DNA of 64,000 bases from Alkalispirochaeta sp. (GCA_965601925.1 OZ271854.1:1248001-1312000); one strand, 5' to 3'. Shown: positions 40,338-50,425, counted from the first letter of the stretch. The notes: generated by a model from the letters alone, not told the origin. Numbers and translations: made by a program.

Positions 40338-40376
40338 TTGACGGCTCGATTTTTCGATGTTAGTATAACTAACATC
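40338..40376 (+). promoter_or_regulatory. Promoter with palindromic operator
   Basis: TTGACG-17 nt-TAGTAT; GATGTTAG-TATAA-CTAACATC at 40356-40376. Confidence 0.8.
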
Positions 40377-40479
40377 AAGTTCGACACGGGCCCGTTGCCG
40401 ACTTACCTCATGAACCCACCTGCACCTCGGCCGATTTTCTACGGGAATGTACGTGCAGAGATGAATGTCTGGAGTGTCT

Positions 40480-41868
40480 ATGGCAATGGAGTTACCAGCG
40501 GTGGAGCCGTCGACGGTCCCGCCGGACCAACGTATCGGGCTGTCGGAAAAGGCGGCTTTCTTCGCCGCAAACATGGGAAATGTGCCGGTAACGGTGGCAA
40601 TTTCCAGCTTTCTGCTCATCTTTTACACCGACATCGTCGGTCTCGATCCGGCCGCGGTCGGTACGATGTTTCTCATCACGAGGATCTTCGACGGATTTAA
40701 TGATCCGTTTGTCGGATACTGCATCGATCACCTGCCCCGGACGCGTTGGGGACGCTTTCGCCCGTGGCTCGTTATCGGCGGCCTTCTCGGTGCGCTCAAC
40801 TTCGCGGCGGTCTTCCTCGGCCCCAGCCTCGCACCGTCGGGAAAACTCGCGATTGCGTATATCACCTACTTGCTGATCGGCATCACCTTCGCGGCGATGG
40901 ATATTGCGAAGAACTCGCTCATGCCGGTCATGACCACCTCGACCAAAGAACGCAACACGCTGGCCTCCCTCGCCGGAATCTCGGCCCTCCTGGGAATGGG
41001 AATCGTCACCGCGGGTATGCTCCCGGCGGTCAACGCCTTTGCCGATCCGCGACGCGGCTGGCACGTTACTATCGGCGTGACCGCGGCGATCGTCTTTCTC
41101 CTGTCCGCGTTGGGGGCGTGGGGTGTTCGCGAGCGTATCGAGCCGAAGACGGATAGGAAGTACTCCGTTCGCGATCTCGTCACGCTCGTTACCGGCACAA
41201 AACCGGTGTTAATTTTGTACGGCGCGTCTCTGTTCATGATGTGCGCCTTCGCGGCCCGCAACGGCGTGATGGTGTTCTACGTCACCTACAACATGGGCAA
41301 CGCCGAGCTGATGGGCCCGGTGATGCTTTCGATGATGGGCGGCATGATCGCCGGCAGCATCGTCGGTCCACAAACGGCAAACGGCGTGGAAAAGCGTCTG
41401 CTTATGTCGATTCTGTTCTTTATATACGGCGCGGGGGCGGGTATCTCCTTCGTGCTGCCGACGAGCGTCGTCGCATTGTACGCGGGATCGGTGCTCTTCG
41501 GCATCGGCATGGGGGGAACCCTCACCCTGAGCGGGTCGATTCGCGCCGATATGCTCGACTGGATCGAGTGGAAGCACGGCTACCGCGCCGAGGGCGCAAC
41601 GGCATCGGTAGGCTCACTCGTTGCAAAAATCGCCCTTGCGATCGGCGGCGCGCTCCCCGGCTACGTACTCGCGGCAACCGATTACGTCGCCAACGCGCCC
41701 GAACAGTCTGCCGCGGCACTACGAGGTATCGTGCTCTCCATATCGGTCGTGCCCGCAGCCTTCGCCGTAGCGGCGGGACTCTTGTTTCTCTTCTATCCCA
41801 TTACCGGCGAGGACCATTCGCGAGTGAGCCGAGACTTGTTCGGAGACGACGCGGAGGTCGACCGATGA
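40480..41868 (+). CDS. MFS GPH-family symporter
   Basis: FYTDIVGL, RIFDGFNDP, TRWGRFRPW, ADMLDWIEWKHGYRAEG; GGAG before ATG 40480. Confidence 0.93.
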   Translation: MAMELPAVEPSTVPPDQRIGLSEKAAFFAANMGNVPVTVAISSFLLIFYTDIVGLDPAAVGTMFLITRIFDGFNDPFVGYCIDHLPRTRWGRFRPWLVIGGLLGALNFAAVFLGPSLAPSGKLAIAYITYLLIGITFAAMDIAKNSLMPVMTTSTKERNTLASLAGISALLGMGIVTAGMLPAVNAFADPRRGWHVTIGVTAAIVFLLSALGAWGVRERIEPKTDRKYSVRDLVTLVTGTKPVLILYGASLFMMCAFAARNGVMVFYVTYNMGNAELMGPVMLSMMGGMIAGSIVGPQTANGVEKRLLMSILFFIYGAGAGISFVLPTSVVALYAGSVLFGIGMGGTLTLSGSIRADMLDWIEWKHGYRAEGATASVGSLVAKIALAIGGALPGYVLAATDYVANAPEQSAAALRGIVLSISVVPAAFAVAAGLLFLFYPITGEDHSRVSRDLFGDDAEVDR

Positions 41869-44612
41869 TCGCTGTTACCGACCTGCACTGCGAGGGACTA
41901 CGCAACCCGTTGGGTATCGACGCACGGAATCCGCGCCTCAGCTGGCGCATCGACTCCGACGAGCGCGATGTACGGCAAACGTCGTATCGGGTAGTGGTGG
42001 AACGAGAGGGTGCGGTAGTCTGGGACAGCGGGCGGGTCGCTTCCGATCGATCGGTGCACGTGCGATACGCCGGAGCGTCGCTTGAGTCGCGCCGACGCTA
42101 CACGTGGCGTGTGCGGGTGTGGGACCGGGCGGGGCGTGCAAGCGACTGGAGCGCACCGACGTGGTGGGAAATGGGGCTCCTGACGGTGTCGGACTGGCGC
42201 GCAACGTGGATCGAACCGGAGGGGACGATCGATCCGGAATCGCACCAGCCGGCGCCATTTGTCCGCACGACCTTCGAGCTCGGCGACTCCGAAGTGGCAT
42301 CCGCCCGTATCTATGCGACGGCCCACGGCGTGTACGAGCTCCACCTCAATGGTGAAGTCGTGGGCGATCGTGTGCTCGCGCCGGGCTGGACCTCGTATCA
42401 CCACCGTCTTCAGTATCAGGTCTACGATGTCGGCGCCCTTCTTCTCCCGGGCGTCAATGCCGTCGGCGCGATTATCGGCGACGGCTGGTGGCGCGGATCG
42501 TTGGGAACCGGATCGCTCCGTAACGCGTACGGTGGGAAGGTCGGTTTCCTGTTCCAACTCGAGATTCGATGTACCGACGGAAGCGAGCGCGTCATCACGA
42601 GCGACGATGCGTGGAAGACGGCGGTCGGCCCGATTCTCACATCGGATATGCAGGAGGGCGAGACGTACGATGCCCGGCTGGAGATGCCCGGCTGGGCGAC
42701 ACCCGACTTTGACGATGCCGGGTGGCCACGAGTCGCCGATGCGTCGTATCCGTTGGACAATCTCGTAGCCGAGTCGTCGCCGCCGATTCGGTGCAAGGAA
42801 GAGCTCGCACCGGTAGCAGTGCTGACGACTCCGTCGGGAAAGCGGGTCGTCGACTTCGGACAAAACATCTCGGGCCGCGTTCGTTTCACCTTGCGGGGAC
42901 GCGCGGGCCGGACGATTACACTCCACCACAATGAGTCGTTGGAAAACGGCGAGTTCGTCGTGGCGAAGGGTATCAAGGTGCCGTTCCTCGGTTTCGTCAT
43001 GCCGCGCCAAGCGGTGACGTATACGTTCGCGAGCAACGAGATCGAACGTTTTGAATCGAAATTCACGACGCAGGGGTTCAGGTATCTCTACGTTGCCGGA
43101 TACGACGGTGAGATCGCTTCGGAGGACTTCCGTGCCGTGGCGATGTACTCCGACATGGAGCGAATCGGATACTTCGAGTGCTCCGACGCACGCATCAATC
43201 GCCTGCACGAGAACATTCTCTGGAGCCAGAAAGGTAACTTCATGGACGTTCCGACCGACTGTCCGACGCGCGCGCGGGGGGGATGGACCGGTGACGCCCA
43301 GATCTTCGCCCGCACCGGCGCCACGCTCATGGAAACCGGCACATTTTTCACGAAGTGGCTCAAAGATTTGGCGGTGGACCAGGAGCCGTCGGGCAGGGTC
43401 GGCGGTATGGTGCCCGCTTTTTATCGTAGTGCCGGCAGACGTCACCTTCTACTGAACGATACCGACGGCGCAGCCGGTTGGGCGGACGCATCGGTGCTCA
43501 TACCGTGGACGATGTACCGTGTATACGGCGATCGGACGATCCTCGAGACGCAATACGAGAGTATGGCGGCGTGGATCGAATACGCACATAGCCGAACAAA
43601 GCGAGTTAACTGGAACCGGAAACTGAGCCCGCGTTACTGGCTGCGACGATCGAGGAGAGACAACCTCAAGACGCTGTGGGACACCGATTTTCATTGGGGT
43701 GAGTGGACCGAACCGGAAGACGGTCCCCTGCAAATCTTCGGCGGGGCGTTGCTCAACTTCATTATATCCAAGCCGCTGGTGGCGTCGGCCTACTACAAAC
43801 ACTCCTGCGACATCATGGCCGAGGTCGCCGCGCTACTGGGCAGGAACTCCGACGCACAGCGTTATCGCGCGCGGTCGGCGGCCGTAAAGCGGGCCTATGC
43901 CGCCGAGTTCGTCGGCAAAGACGGACGAATCAAGCCGGACAAACAGGCGTCGTACGTCAGGGTCCTGGCCTTCGATCTCGTTCCCGACGAGCTGCGCCCG
44001 GTGGTGGTTCGTCGACTCCTGGATTTGATCCGCAAAGCCGGAAATCACCTGGGCACCGGCTTTCTCTCTACCGGCATGCTATGTGGCGTACTCGCCGACG
44101 AAGGCTATCTTGACGTCGCGTACGACCTTCTCATGCAAGATACGATCCCCTCCTGGCTCTACGCGGTCGGGAAGGGGGCCACGACCATCTGGGAGGGCTG
44201 GAACACGATCAAACCTGACGGTTCGGGCGGCATAGGTTCCCACAACCACTACTCCAAGGGTGCGGTCGGCGAATGGCTCTATCGAGGTGTGGCGGGAATC
44301 GAGATCGACGAGGCGGGGTACAAGCGGAGCATCATTCGGCCGCGCCCCGGCGGCGGGCTGCGATACGTCAGGGCTTCGATCCGGTCGGTGTACGGAACGA
44401 TCGGCTCATCTTGGAACATCGACGGGAATCGGTTCGATCTCGAGGTCGAAGTCCCCCCCAATACGACGGCGACCGTCACACTTCCCGACGGTTCCGATGC
44501 TATTGAGGTCGGTTCGGGGCGTCACTCGTTTTCGTGTTCTTTGGAGCCTACGATTTCGGGCGTATCGACCACGCCGACGGAGTCTCGCGCGACGAGCAGA
44601 GACCATGCGTGA
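41865..44612 (+). CDS. GH78 alpha-L-rhamnosidase-like #2
   Basis: ATGA-coupled start MIAVTDLHCEGLRNPLGID; DFGQN, PTDCPTRARGGWTGD, GATTIWEGW, SHNHY. Confidence 0.92.
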   Translation: MIAVTDLHCEGLRNPLGIDARNPRLSWRIDSDERDVRQTSYRVVVEREGAVVWDSGRVASDRSVHVRYAGASLESRRRYTWRVRVWDRAGRASDWSAPTWWEMGLLTVSDWRATWIEPEGTIDPESHQPAPFVRTTFELGDSEVASARIYATAHGVYELHLNGEVVGDRVLAPGWTSYHHRLQYQVYDVGALLLPGVNAVGAIIGDGWWRGSLGTGSLRNAYGGKVGFLFQLEIRCTDGSERVITSDDAWKTAVGPILTSDMQEGETYDARLEMPGWATPDFDDAGWPRVADASYPLDNLVAESSPPIRCKEELAPVAVLTTPSGKRVVDFGQNISGRVRFTLRGRAGRTITLHHNESLENGEFVVAKGIKVPFLGFVMPRQAVTYTFASNEIERFESKFTTQGFRYLYVAGYDGEIASEDFRAVAMYSDMERIGYFECSDARINRLHENILWSQKGNFMDVPTDCPTRARGGWTGDAQIFARTGATLMETGTFFTKWLKDLAVDQEPSGRVGGMVPAFYRSAGRRHLLLNDTDGAAGWADASVLIPWTMYRVYGDRTILETQYESMAAWIEYAHSRTKRVNWNRKLSPRYWLRRSRRDNLKTLWDTDFHWGEWTEPEDGPLQIFGGALLNFIISKPLVASAYYKHSCDIMAEVAALLGRNSDAQRYRARSAAVKRAYAAEFVGKDGRIKPDKQASYVRVLAFDLVPDELRPVVVRRLLDLIRKAGNHLGTGFLSTGMLCGVLADEGYLDVAYDLLMQDTIPSWLYAVGKGATTIWEGWNTIKPDGSGGIGSHNHYSKGAVGEWLYRGVAGIEIDEAGYKRSIIRPRPGGGLRYVRASIRSVYGTIGSSWNIDGNRFDLEVEVPPNTTATVTLPDGSDAIEVGSGRHSFSCSLEPTISGVSTTPTESRATSRDHA

Positions 44613-46263
44613 CGACGAGGGACGACGCTCGGGCGCCGCGGCGTTCTTCTCGTTTTTCCTCAAGGGGCTGAGGAGTCTCAACTACGGGGAGGAGCGTAAA
44701 CTCCGCATTCTGATCGTTCTATGCGTCGTGTGCTTCAGCGTGATGACGCTTGCCGCGGTATTCAACATTGTGGGTTCCGGCGGAGGCTCGGTCAACCCGG
44801 GACAGCTCGTCGCGGTACTACTCTTTCTTGTCCCACTCATAATGATCAGGCGCGGGAAAACCCACGGCGCGGCCTTCTGCTTCCTCGTGATTTTGACGGC
44901 AACTTTCTTCCTGGTAGCTTTTCTCGATCGCGAACGCTCATTCGCCATACTCGACAGGTGGTCCACCTCGTCGGTAGTCGTTCTGACGTTCACGACTGCG
45001 GTCGCCCATACGATGTGGGTCTACTGGGGGGTGGACGCGTTGATAGTGGTGGGTTACGGCGCCCTCATCCTCCTCAAGTCGCTACCGGCGCAGCAGTGGC
45101 GGTTTCAGCCCGGCGATGTGCGGCACATATTCGACGCGGTAATCCTGAACGTGTTTGTGGCGGGGGCGGGAAAGGTCGTGTTTACCTTGACGCAAACGGC
45201 CCTCGCGCGCGCGGAAGATGAAAGCGAGCGTAACCGGCAACGCGCCGTGACGATCGGCCGCGTGTTGGCCGAATCCAACAAGACGATGAATGTGGGGTCG
45301 AATCTCGTCGGCCTGACGGACCGGAACCTTCATATCCTGAAGACGCTTCGGTCCGAAATCGACGGTCTGCGCGACTTTGCACAAGACTTCAACCGCCGAA
45401 TGGAGACGGCGGTAGTGGAGAACGGCAGCGTCCTCAACGCCGCTGAACTTGTCGAGAGAAACTTTCTCGACCAGCGGACGGTTATCGAAGAGACGGCCGC
45501 GGCGGTTAATGAGTTGACGACGTCTATTCAAAACCTGTCGCTGTCGATGCACGGCGAAAAGACGCTGATACGCACATTGATCGAGCGGTCTGAAGCGGGT
45601 GAACGAACCCTGGCGACGGTGGTCAAGAATATGACCGCCGTATCGGACAACATCGAGAGTCTCGTCGAGATATCGAACGTGATCGGTGAGATCTCGGAAC
45701 ACACCAACCTCCTGGCGATGAACGCATCGATAGAGGCGGCGCACGCCGGTAACTACGGCCACGGCTTCAAGGTCGTGGCGGCGGAAATCCGGAGCCTGTC
45801 CGTACAGACATCCGCACAGGCGAAGACGATCGGCCGAGAGGCGCTCCATAACGTAGCGCGAATTCACGACGCCCTGGAAAGCAACAAGGCCGCCGAGGAC
45901 CAGTACCGCGCCCTGATGCACGAGGTGCTCACCTTTGTCACCGCGATCGAGGAGGTCATCGCCGGTATGGACGAAATGTCGCGGGGAGCCGAACAGATCA
46001 ACACGGCGGTGAGCCACATGACGGACCTTACGGTGAACTCGACCGACTCGGTGCAAGAGGCGAAAGCGTGCGCCCGGAAAACGTCGAAAAATGTTCAATG
46101 CCTCGACGACGTGTTTGCGCGCTTTCTCGGCACTATTGAGGCGTTCGGGGATAGCTTCCACCGAATCGAGGACGGAATGAACGATATCCAAGAGATCGGT
46201 GAGCAAAACATCCGGCATATCACGCATATGAATGAACACATCGTCGTCATCGATGAGCCGTAG
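44605..46263 (+). CDS. Methyl-accepting chemotaxis protein with a multi-TM input domain
   Basis: About six hydrophobic segments then TNLLAMNASIEAAHAGNYGHGFKVVAAEIRSLS; ATG overlaps the end of GH78 #2. Confidence 0.9.
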   Translation: MRDDEGRRSGAAAFFSFFLKGLRSLNYGEERKLRILIVLCVVCFSVMTLAAVFNIVGSGGGSVNPGQLVAVLLFLVPLIMIRRGKTHGAAFCFLVILTATFFLVAFLDRERSFAILDRWSTSSVVVLTFTTAVAHTMWVYWGVDALIVVGYGALILLKSLPAQQWRFQPGDVRHIFDAVILNVFVAGAGKVVFTLTQTALARAEDESERNRQRAVTIGRVLAESNKTMNVGSNLVGLTDRNLHILKTLRSEIDGLRDFAQDFNRRMETAVVENGSVLNAAELVERNFLDQRTVIEETAAAVNELTTSIQNLSLSMHGEKTLIRTLIERSEAGERTLATVVKNMTAVSDNIESLVEISNVIGEISEHTNLLAMNASIEAAHAGNYGHGFKVVAAEIRSLSVQTSAQAKTIGREALHNVARIHDALESNKAAEDQYRALMHEVLTFVTAIEEVIAGMDEMSRGAEQINTAVSHMTDLTVNSTDSVQEAKACARKTSKNVQCLDDVFARFLGTIEAFGDSFHRIEDGMNDIQEIGEQNIRHITHMNEHIVVIDEP

Positions 46264-46621
46264 GCACCGAGCGGAAAGACGCGTGTGAGCCTACACCCGC
46301 ACTCGGAGCGAAAAGGTCGGATCGCGGTGTGCGTCACAGGAACGAGACCATTCGGAGTAGTCGCAGTCAAGGAGGCATCATGTGAAATCGATGTAACGCA
46401 CGGCGCACGGGGAGCGTTTTTTGGGAGCCCGACAACGACGCTCCACACCGGGCCGAATCGTCATACATGCGGAGACGCAAAGCATGGCGACGGGCGAGCG
46501 CATGAGATTCGATCCGGTTATATCCCCGCGGGGCAACGGAAATGTTCGCGACAGCAGTGAGTACCGTACAAACGACCGCATCCGAGTGCCGTTCGCGGTC
46601 GTGTTCTAAAGGAGTTTTATC

Positions 46622-47857
46622 GTGGCGAAAATAAAAAATAGATATGGAAAAATTTTATTTTCAGCAATATCTATTGTTGCTTTTGTGACTTCTCCCGTCG
46701 ACGGTATATTGGCGGAAGAAGGGGGAGTATTCGACTATGTGATATTTCCCGCATACGATTACAGACCGGGCTTCGATCACACCCTGTTACTCTTGCAACG
46801 ATTTGTCTGGAATCTGGAAGACGATCAAGTCGTCTCCTCCGATGTGCAGCTGATCAAATCTCTTAGCAATGAATCGTGGATGATCGGGAGCACCAACTTT
46901 TACAACACAAACGATTGGCGCTTTGAGTTGAATGGTTCGTTGGCGTTTGGAATCAATGAAATATCTTCGAACGACCTCGGCCTCAACGACGCCGCGAATG
47001 CCGTCCACGCTCAGTTCTTCGGCACCCCGAGCGATTATGATCTCGGTAATGTGGATACCGAATCTCGCATAAGCGTCGTGCAGGGTTTCGTGAAGAGAAG
47101 GATGGTGGGCGACCTATACCTCGGTCTCGGATTGGAATATCAATTATTGGATTTTTTTATGGAAACAGGTGAACTGGATTGGCCCGGTCCGTTGGCATCC
47201 CTGCCCTTGGATCCGTTCGAGGATATCGAGGCTCAAAATACCCTCTTGATGCCGATCATACGCTTGGAACTCGATACTCGCGACAGCTTCTTTTATCCCA
47301 CCACCGGGTTCTTTGCGACGGGGTCGGTTTTTCTGATTACCGATAGTTTCGGGACTACTTTGGAGGGACTGAACGCCGAAACCGGTGGAGTCACGGAGCT
47401 CGCCGATTACGTCATAACGAGAAACATCGTCGATGTACGATACTTCTATGCACCAACCGGCTCGTGGCGGACGGTGGTTGCGCCTCGATTGAATGTCAAT
47501 ACTCACACCGTACTCTCCGGGGACGACGACGTACCCGAGGCTCTGTTTCTCAACGCCAATGGGAGGATCAGAGGATATGAAGACGGTGACTACTCGGGAG
47601 CGCAACTCTACGCTGTGGAACTCGAGCTGCGGCAGTACGTGACCGATCGACTCGGGTTCGTAGCATTCGGTACGCTCGGGTTTCTCGGCGACGATATCGA
47701 GGACTCGTTCACCGAGAGCGAGAACTTCGTGCCCGGTTTCGGCGGCGGCTTACGCTTTCTGGCCTCGGAACGGAACAGACTCGCACTCCGAGGGGATATT
47801 GCCTTCGGGAAAGAGGGCAACTGGGCTCTTTACTTCGGAATCGCCGAGTACTATTAG
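46622..47857 (+). CDS. Omp85 (BamA/TamA)-family outer-membrane barrel without POTRA domains
   Basis: Signal peptide, DTRDSFFYPTTG, IRGY loop, GFGGGLRF, terminal YFGIAEYY; AAGGAG before GTG. Confidence 0.78.
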   Translation: MAKIKNRYGKILFSAISIVAFVTSPVDGILAEEGGVFDYVIFPAYDYRPGFDHTLLLLQRFVWNLEDDQVVSSDVQLIKSLSNESWMIGSTNFYNTNDWRFELNGSLAFGINEISSNDLGLNDAANAVHAQFFGTPSDYDLGNVDTESRISVVQGFVKRRMVGDLYLGLGLEYQLLDFFMETGELDWPGPLASLPLDPFEDIEAQNTLLMPIIRLELDTRDSFFYPTTGFFATGSVFLITDSFGTTLEGLNAETGGVTELADYVITRNIVDVRYFYAPTGSWRTVVAPRLNVNTHTVLSGDDDVPEALFLNANGRIRGYEDGDYSGAQLYAVELELRQYVTDRLGFVAFGTLGFLGDDIEDSFTESENFVPGFGGGLRFLASERNRLALRGDIAFGKEGNWALYFGIAEYY

Positions 47858-48080
47858 CACGCCCCACATGAATACCGGGGAGTCTGCGGCGCGGTGCCGG
47901 CGGCACACAGGCCGTCCCGCGCCTCTTCCCGGTGCTCTGTCGACGGGGACCGGGCCGGCGGCGTCGATCATTCAGCAGGTTCACCGGATGCGTTCCTCGG
48001 ACTCAAGGTCCGGCGGTACGGGAGATCACCCTCGGGGCGCGGGTGTGGCGGTCTCCCGCGGCTTGTGCCACAATCAGAGT

Positions 48081-48347
48081 ATGATAACGATTGCCCGCTT
48101 CGGATTCCGCTTTCAGGCTGAACACGCTCTCGTGTTTCTGCGGCAGAACAAAATCGAAGCGATTCTGTGGGGTGACGATATGGGCGGCCTGAATCCGGCG
48201 ATCGGATTTATGGAATCGTTCGAGATTCGCGTACACCCCGACCAGGAGACGATCGCCCGGGAGTTGCTCTCCGACTTCGGCATTGCGCAACCGGAAGGGG
48301 GCACCACGGATCGGGACGACGACCTTAAGACCTCACCCTCCATGTGA
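48081..48347 (+). CDS. DUF2007-like small protein
   Basis: MITIARF...AEHALVFLRQNKIEA...DDMGG...IRVHPDQETIARELL. Confidence 0.7.
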   Translation: MITIARFGFRFQAEHALVFLRQNKIEAILWGDDMGGLNPAIGFMESFEIRVHPDQETIARELLSDFGIAQPEGGTTDRDDDLKTSPSM

Positions 48348-48506
48348 ACGTATACCGTATCGGATATGTGCGTACACCGATAGGCTGAGACCTTCTCACC
48401 GATTCGGCGCAAGAGCGTGACGCGCGATTCCGTTGACACTACCCGGTGAGCGCCGCTATCGTTACGCTGCTTATCCACTCAAGGGGCGCGTGGCGGAGCG
48501 TGCGTT

Positions 48507-49184
48507 ATGATCAGACTCAGGAGTCTTACAAAGTCGTATCCCGTCGGCGAGGGCCGCCTGGAAGTGCTGAAAGGCATCGATCTTCACGTATCCGAGGGCG
48601 AGTTCGTCTCGATCATGGGTTCATCGGGATCGGGCAAGTCCACACTACTCAACGTCATCGGAATTCTCGACGATTACGATGCGGGCGACTACACGCTCAA
48701 CGATCTGGCCATTCGCGACCTTTCTGAGACCGCGGCCGCCGGTTACCGCAACCGTTTCATCTCGTTCGTCTTCCAGGCGTTTAACCTGTTGCGTTTCAAA
48801 ACGGCTCTCGATAACGTGGCGCTTCCCCTCTATTACCAGGGTGTAAAGCGCAAAGAACGCCATCGAATCGCGGGGGAGTACTTGGCGAAGGTCGGCCTGG
48901 CCGATCGGGCGGATCACCGCCCTCATCAAATGTCCGGGGGCGAGCAACAGCGGGTGGCCATCGCCCGCTCCCTCGTCTCCCGGCCCAAGTTGCTCCTCGC
49001 CGACGAGCCGACCGGAGCGCTCGACTCCTCGACATCGCACCACATCATGGAGCTTCTCACGGAGGTAAACCGAATGGGTATCACCGTGCTGTTGGTGACC
49101 CACGAACGCGACATCGCCGAGATGACGCACCGCGTCATCCATATGAAGGACGGATTGATAGAAGAGGACGCTTATGTTCGATAG
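48507..49184 (+). CDS. ABC ATP-binding protein (LolD/MacB-like)
   Basis: GSSGSGKST, MSGGEQQRVAIAR, LADEPTGALD, VTHE. Confidence 0.95.
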   Translation: MIRLRSLTKSYPVGEGRLEVLKGIDLHVSEGEFVSIMGSSGSGKSTLLNVIGILDDYDAGDYTLNDLAIRDLSETAAAGYRNRFISFVFQAFNLLRFKTALDNVALPLYYQGVKRKERHRIAGEYLAKVGLADRADHRPHQMSGGEQQRVAIARSLVSRPKLLLADEPTGALDSSTSHHIMELLTEVNRMGITVLLVTHERDIAEMTHRVIHMKDGLIEEDAYVR

Positions 49185-50424
49185 CGATACGTGGCAGGAG
49201 ATCGCCTCAAGCGTCAAAGCACACAAACTACGCACCGCGTTGACCGCATTCGGCGTTTTTTGGGGCATCTTCATGCTGGTCATGCTCATGGGGATCGGAG
49301 GCGGCCTGGAACACGGCGTCCTACGTAACTTCTCGGGGAGCGCGGTCAACTCGTTGTACGTCTGGGGTGAGCGAACGTCGCTCCCGTATCGAGGATTGCA
49401 GCCCGGACGGTGGATCGAGCTCACGAATGAAGATACCGCGGCACTGCGCTCGTCCTTCGGCGAGATAACGCTTCTCGCGCCGAGTGTATCGCTGTGGGGC
49501 GAGTACACCGTCGATCGGCGAGCGTTGAGCGGATCATTCCACGTACGCGGCGACGTTCCGGATTTCGTCGGTATCAACGAGCGTCGAATGACCGAGGGAC
49601 GCTTTTTAAACGCCCGAGACGTCGAAGAGCATCGTAAGGTCGCGGTTATCGGGTCGCGCGTACGGGAGGTGCTCTTTGAGACCGACGAGGACCCCGTCGG
49701 AACTCCGATCCGTATCAACGGCGTCTACTTTACCGTCGTGGGCGTCTTTGCCGTCGATTCACTCCAGGGAGGACGGCGCGACGCGGAAATGATCCACATC
49801 CCTCTCCCGACGCTCCAACGGACGTTTCATCAAAACAACCGGATCGGCCACTACGCGATCGCGATCGATGAAGCGTACCCGATGGAAGAGGTAGAGGGGC
49901 GAATAAAAGCGTTCTTGGCGGCCCGCCATACGATCGCCCCTGACGACAGGCAGGCGATCGGCTCCTGGAACAATGCGCGGGAGTACCGGCAACTCACCGG
50001 GCTCTTTCGCGGTATACGACTCTTTCTCCTGATCGTGGGCGTAGGCACCATCACCGCCGGAATCGTGGGGGTGAGCAACGTCATGCTCATCGTGGTCAAG
50101 GAGCGCACCCGGGAGATCGGAATCCGCAAAGCTTTGGGCGCCACACCGCGCTCCATCGTCGGCCTCGTCCTCCAAGAGTCGGTGATCATCACCGCAACCG
50201 CGGGATATCTCGGCCTCGTGGCGGGCGTCGGCCTCGTGGAGCTGATCGGGTACACCATGGAACGCTTTCAGATAGAGAGTGAGTATTTCTCACGGCCCGA
50301 GGCCGATTTGGGCATTGCGGTATTGGCGCTCTCGTTACTCGTGGCGGCGGGCGTTCTGGCGGGCCTCTTTCCGGCACTGCGAGCCGCGCGTATCAAACCG
50401 GTAGAGGCGTTGAAGGAAGAGTAG
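49174..50424 (+). CDS. ABC permease, MacB/FtsX family
   Basis: LRTALTAFGVFWGI, GRFLN, KERTREIGIRKALGA, PALRAARIKPVEALKEE. Confidence 0.95.
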   Translation: MFDSDTWQEIASSVKAHKLRTALTAFGVFWGIFMLVMLMGIGGGLEHGVLRNFSGSAVNSLYVWGERTSLPYRGLQPGRWIELTNEDTAALRSSFGEITLLAPSVSLWGEYTVDRRALSGSFHVRGDVPDFVGINERRMTEGRFLNARDVEEHRKVAVIGSRVREVLFETDEDPVGTPIRINGVYFTVVGVFAVDSLQGGRRDAEMIHIPLPTLQRTFHQNNRIGHYAIAIDEAYPMEEVEGRIKAFLAARHTIAPDDRQAIGSWNNAREYRQLTGLFRGIRLFLLIVGVGTITAGIVGVSNVMLIVVKERTREIGIRKALGATPRSIVGLVLQESVIITATAGYLGLVAGVGLVELIGYTMERFQIESEYFSRPEADLGIAVLALSLLVAAGVLAGLFPALRAARIKPVEALKEE

Positions 50425-50425
50425 C

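Noticed and set aside
41241..41864. Apparent 208-aa N-terminal extension making GH78 #2 1123 aa
   Set aside because: Arg-rich off-frame reading of the MFS gene; the likely start is the ATGA overlap at 41865
44260..44604. N-terminal extension of the MCP
   Set aside because: Lies inside the GH78 coding region; ATG 44605 fits better
46381..46396. TGTGA half-site resembling a CRP/FNR box
   Set aside because: Second half-site does not match
46450..46510. GACGCAAAGC resembling a c-di-GMP-I riboswitch core upstream of Omp85
   Set aside because: No GGCAAAC element, GNRA-capped stem or convincing second stem; an Infernal search would settle it
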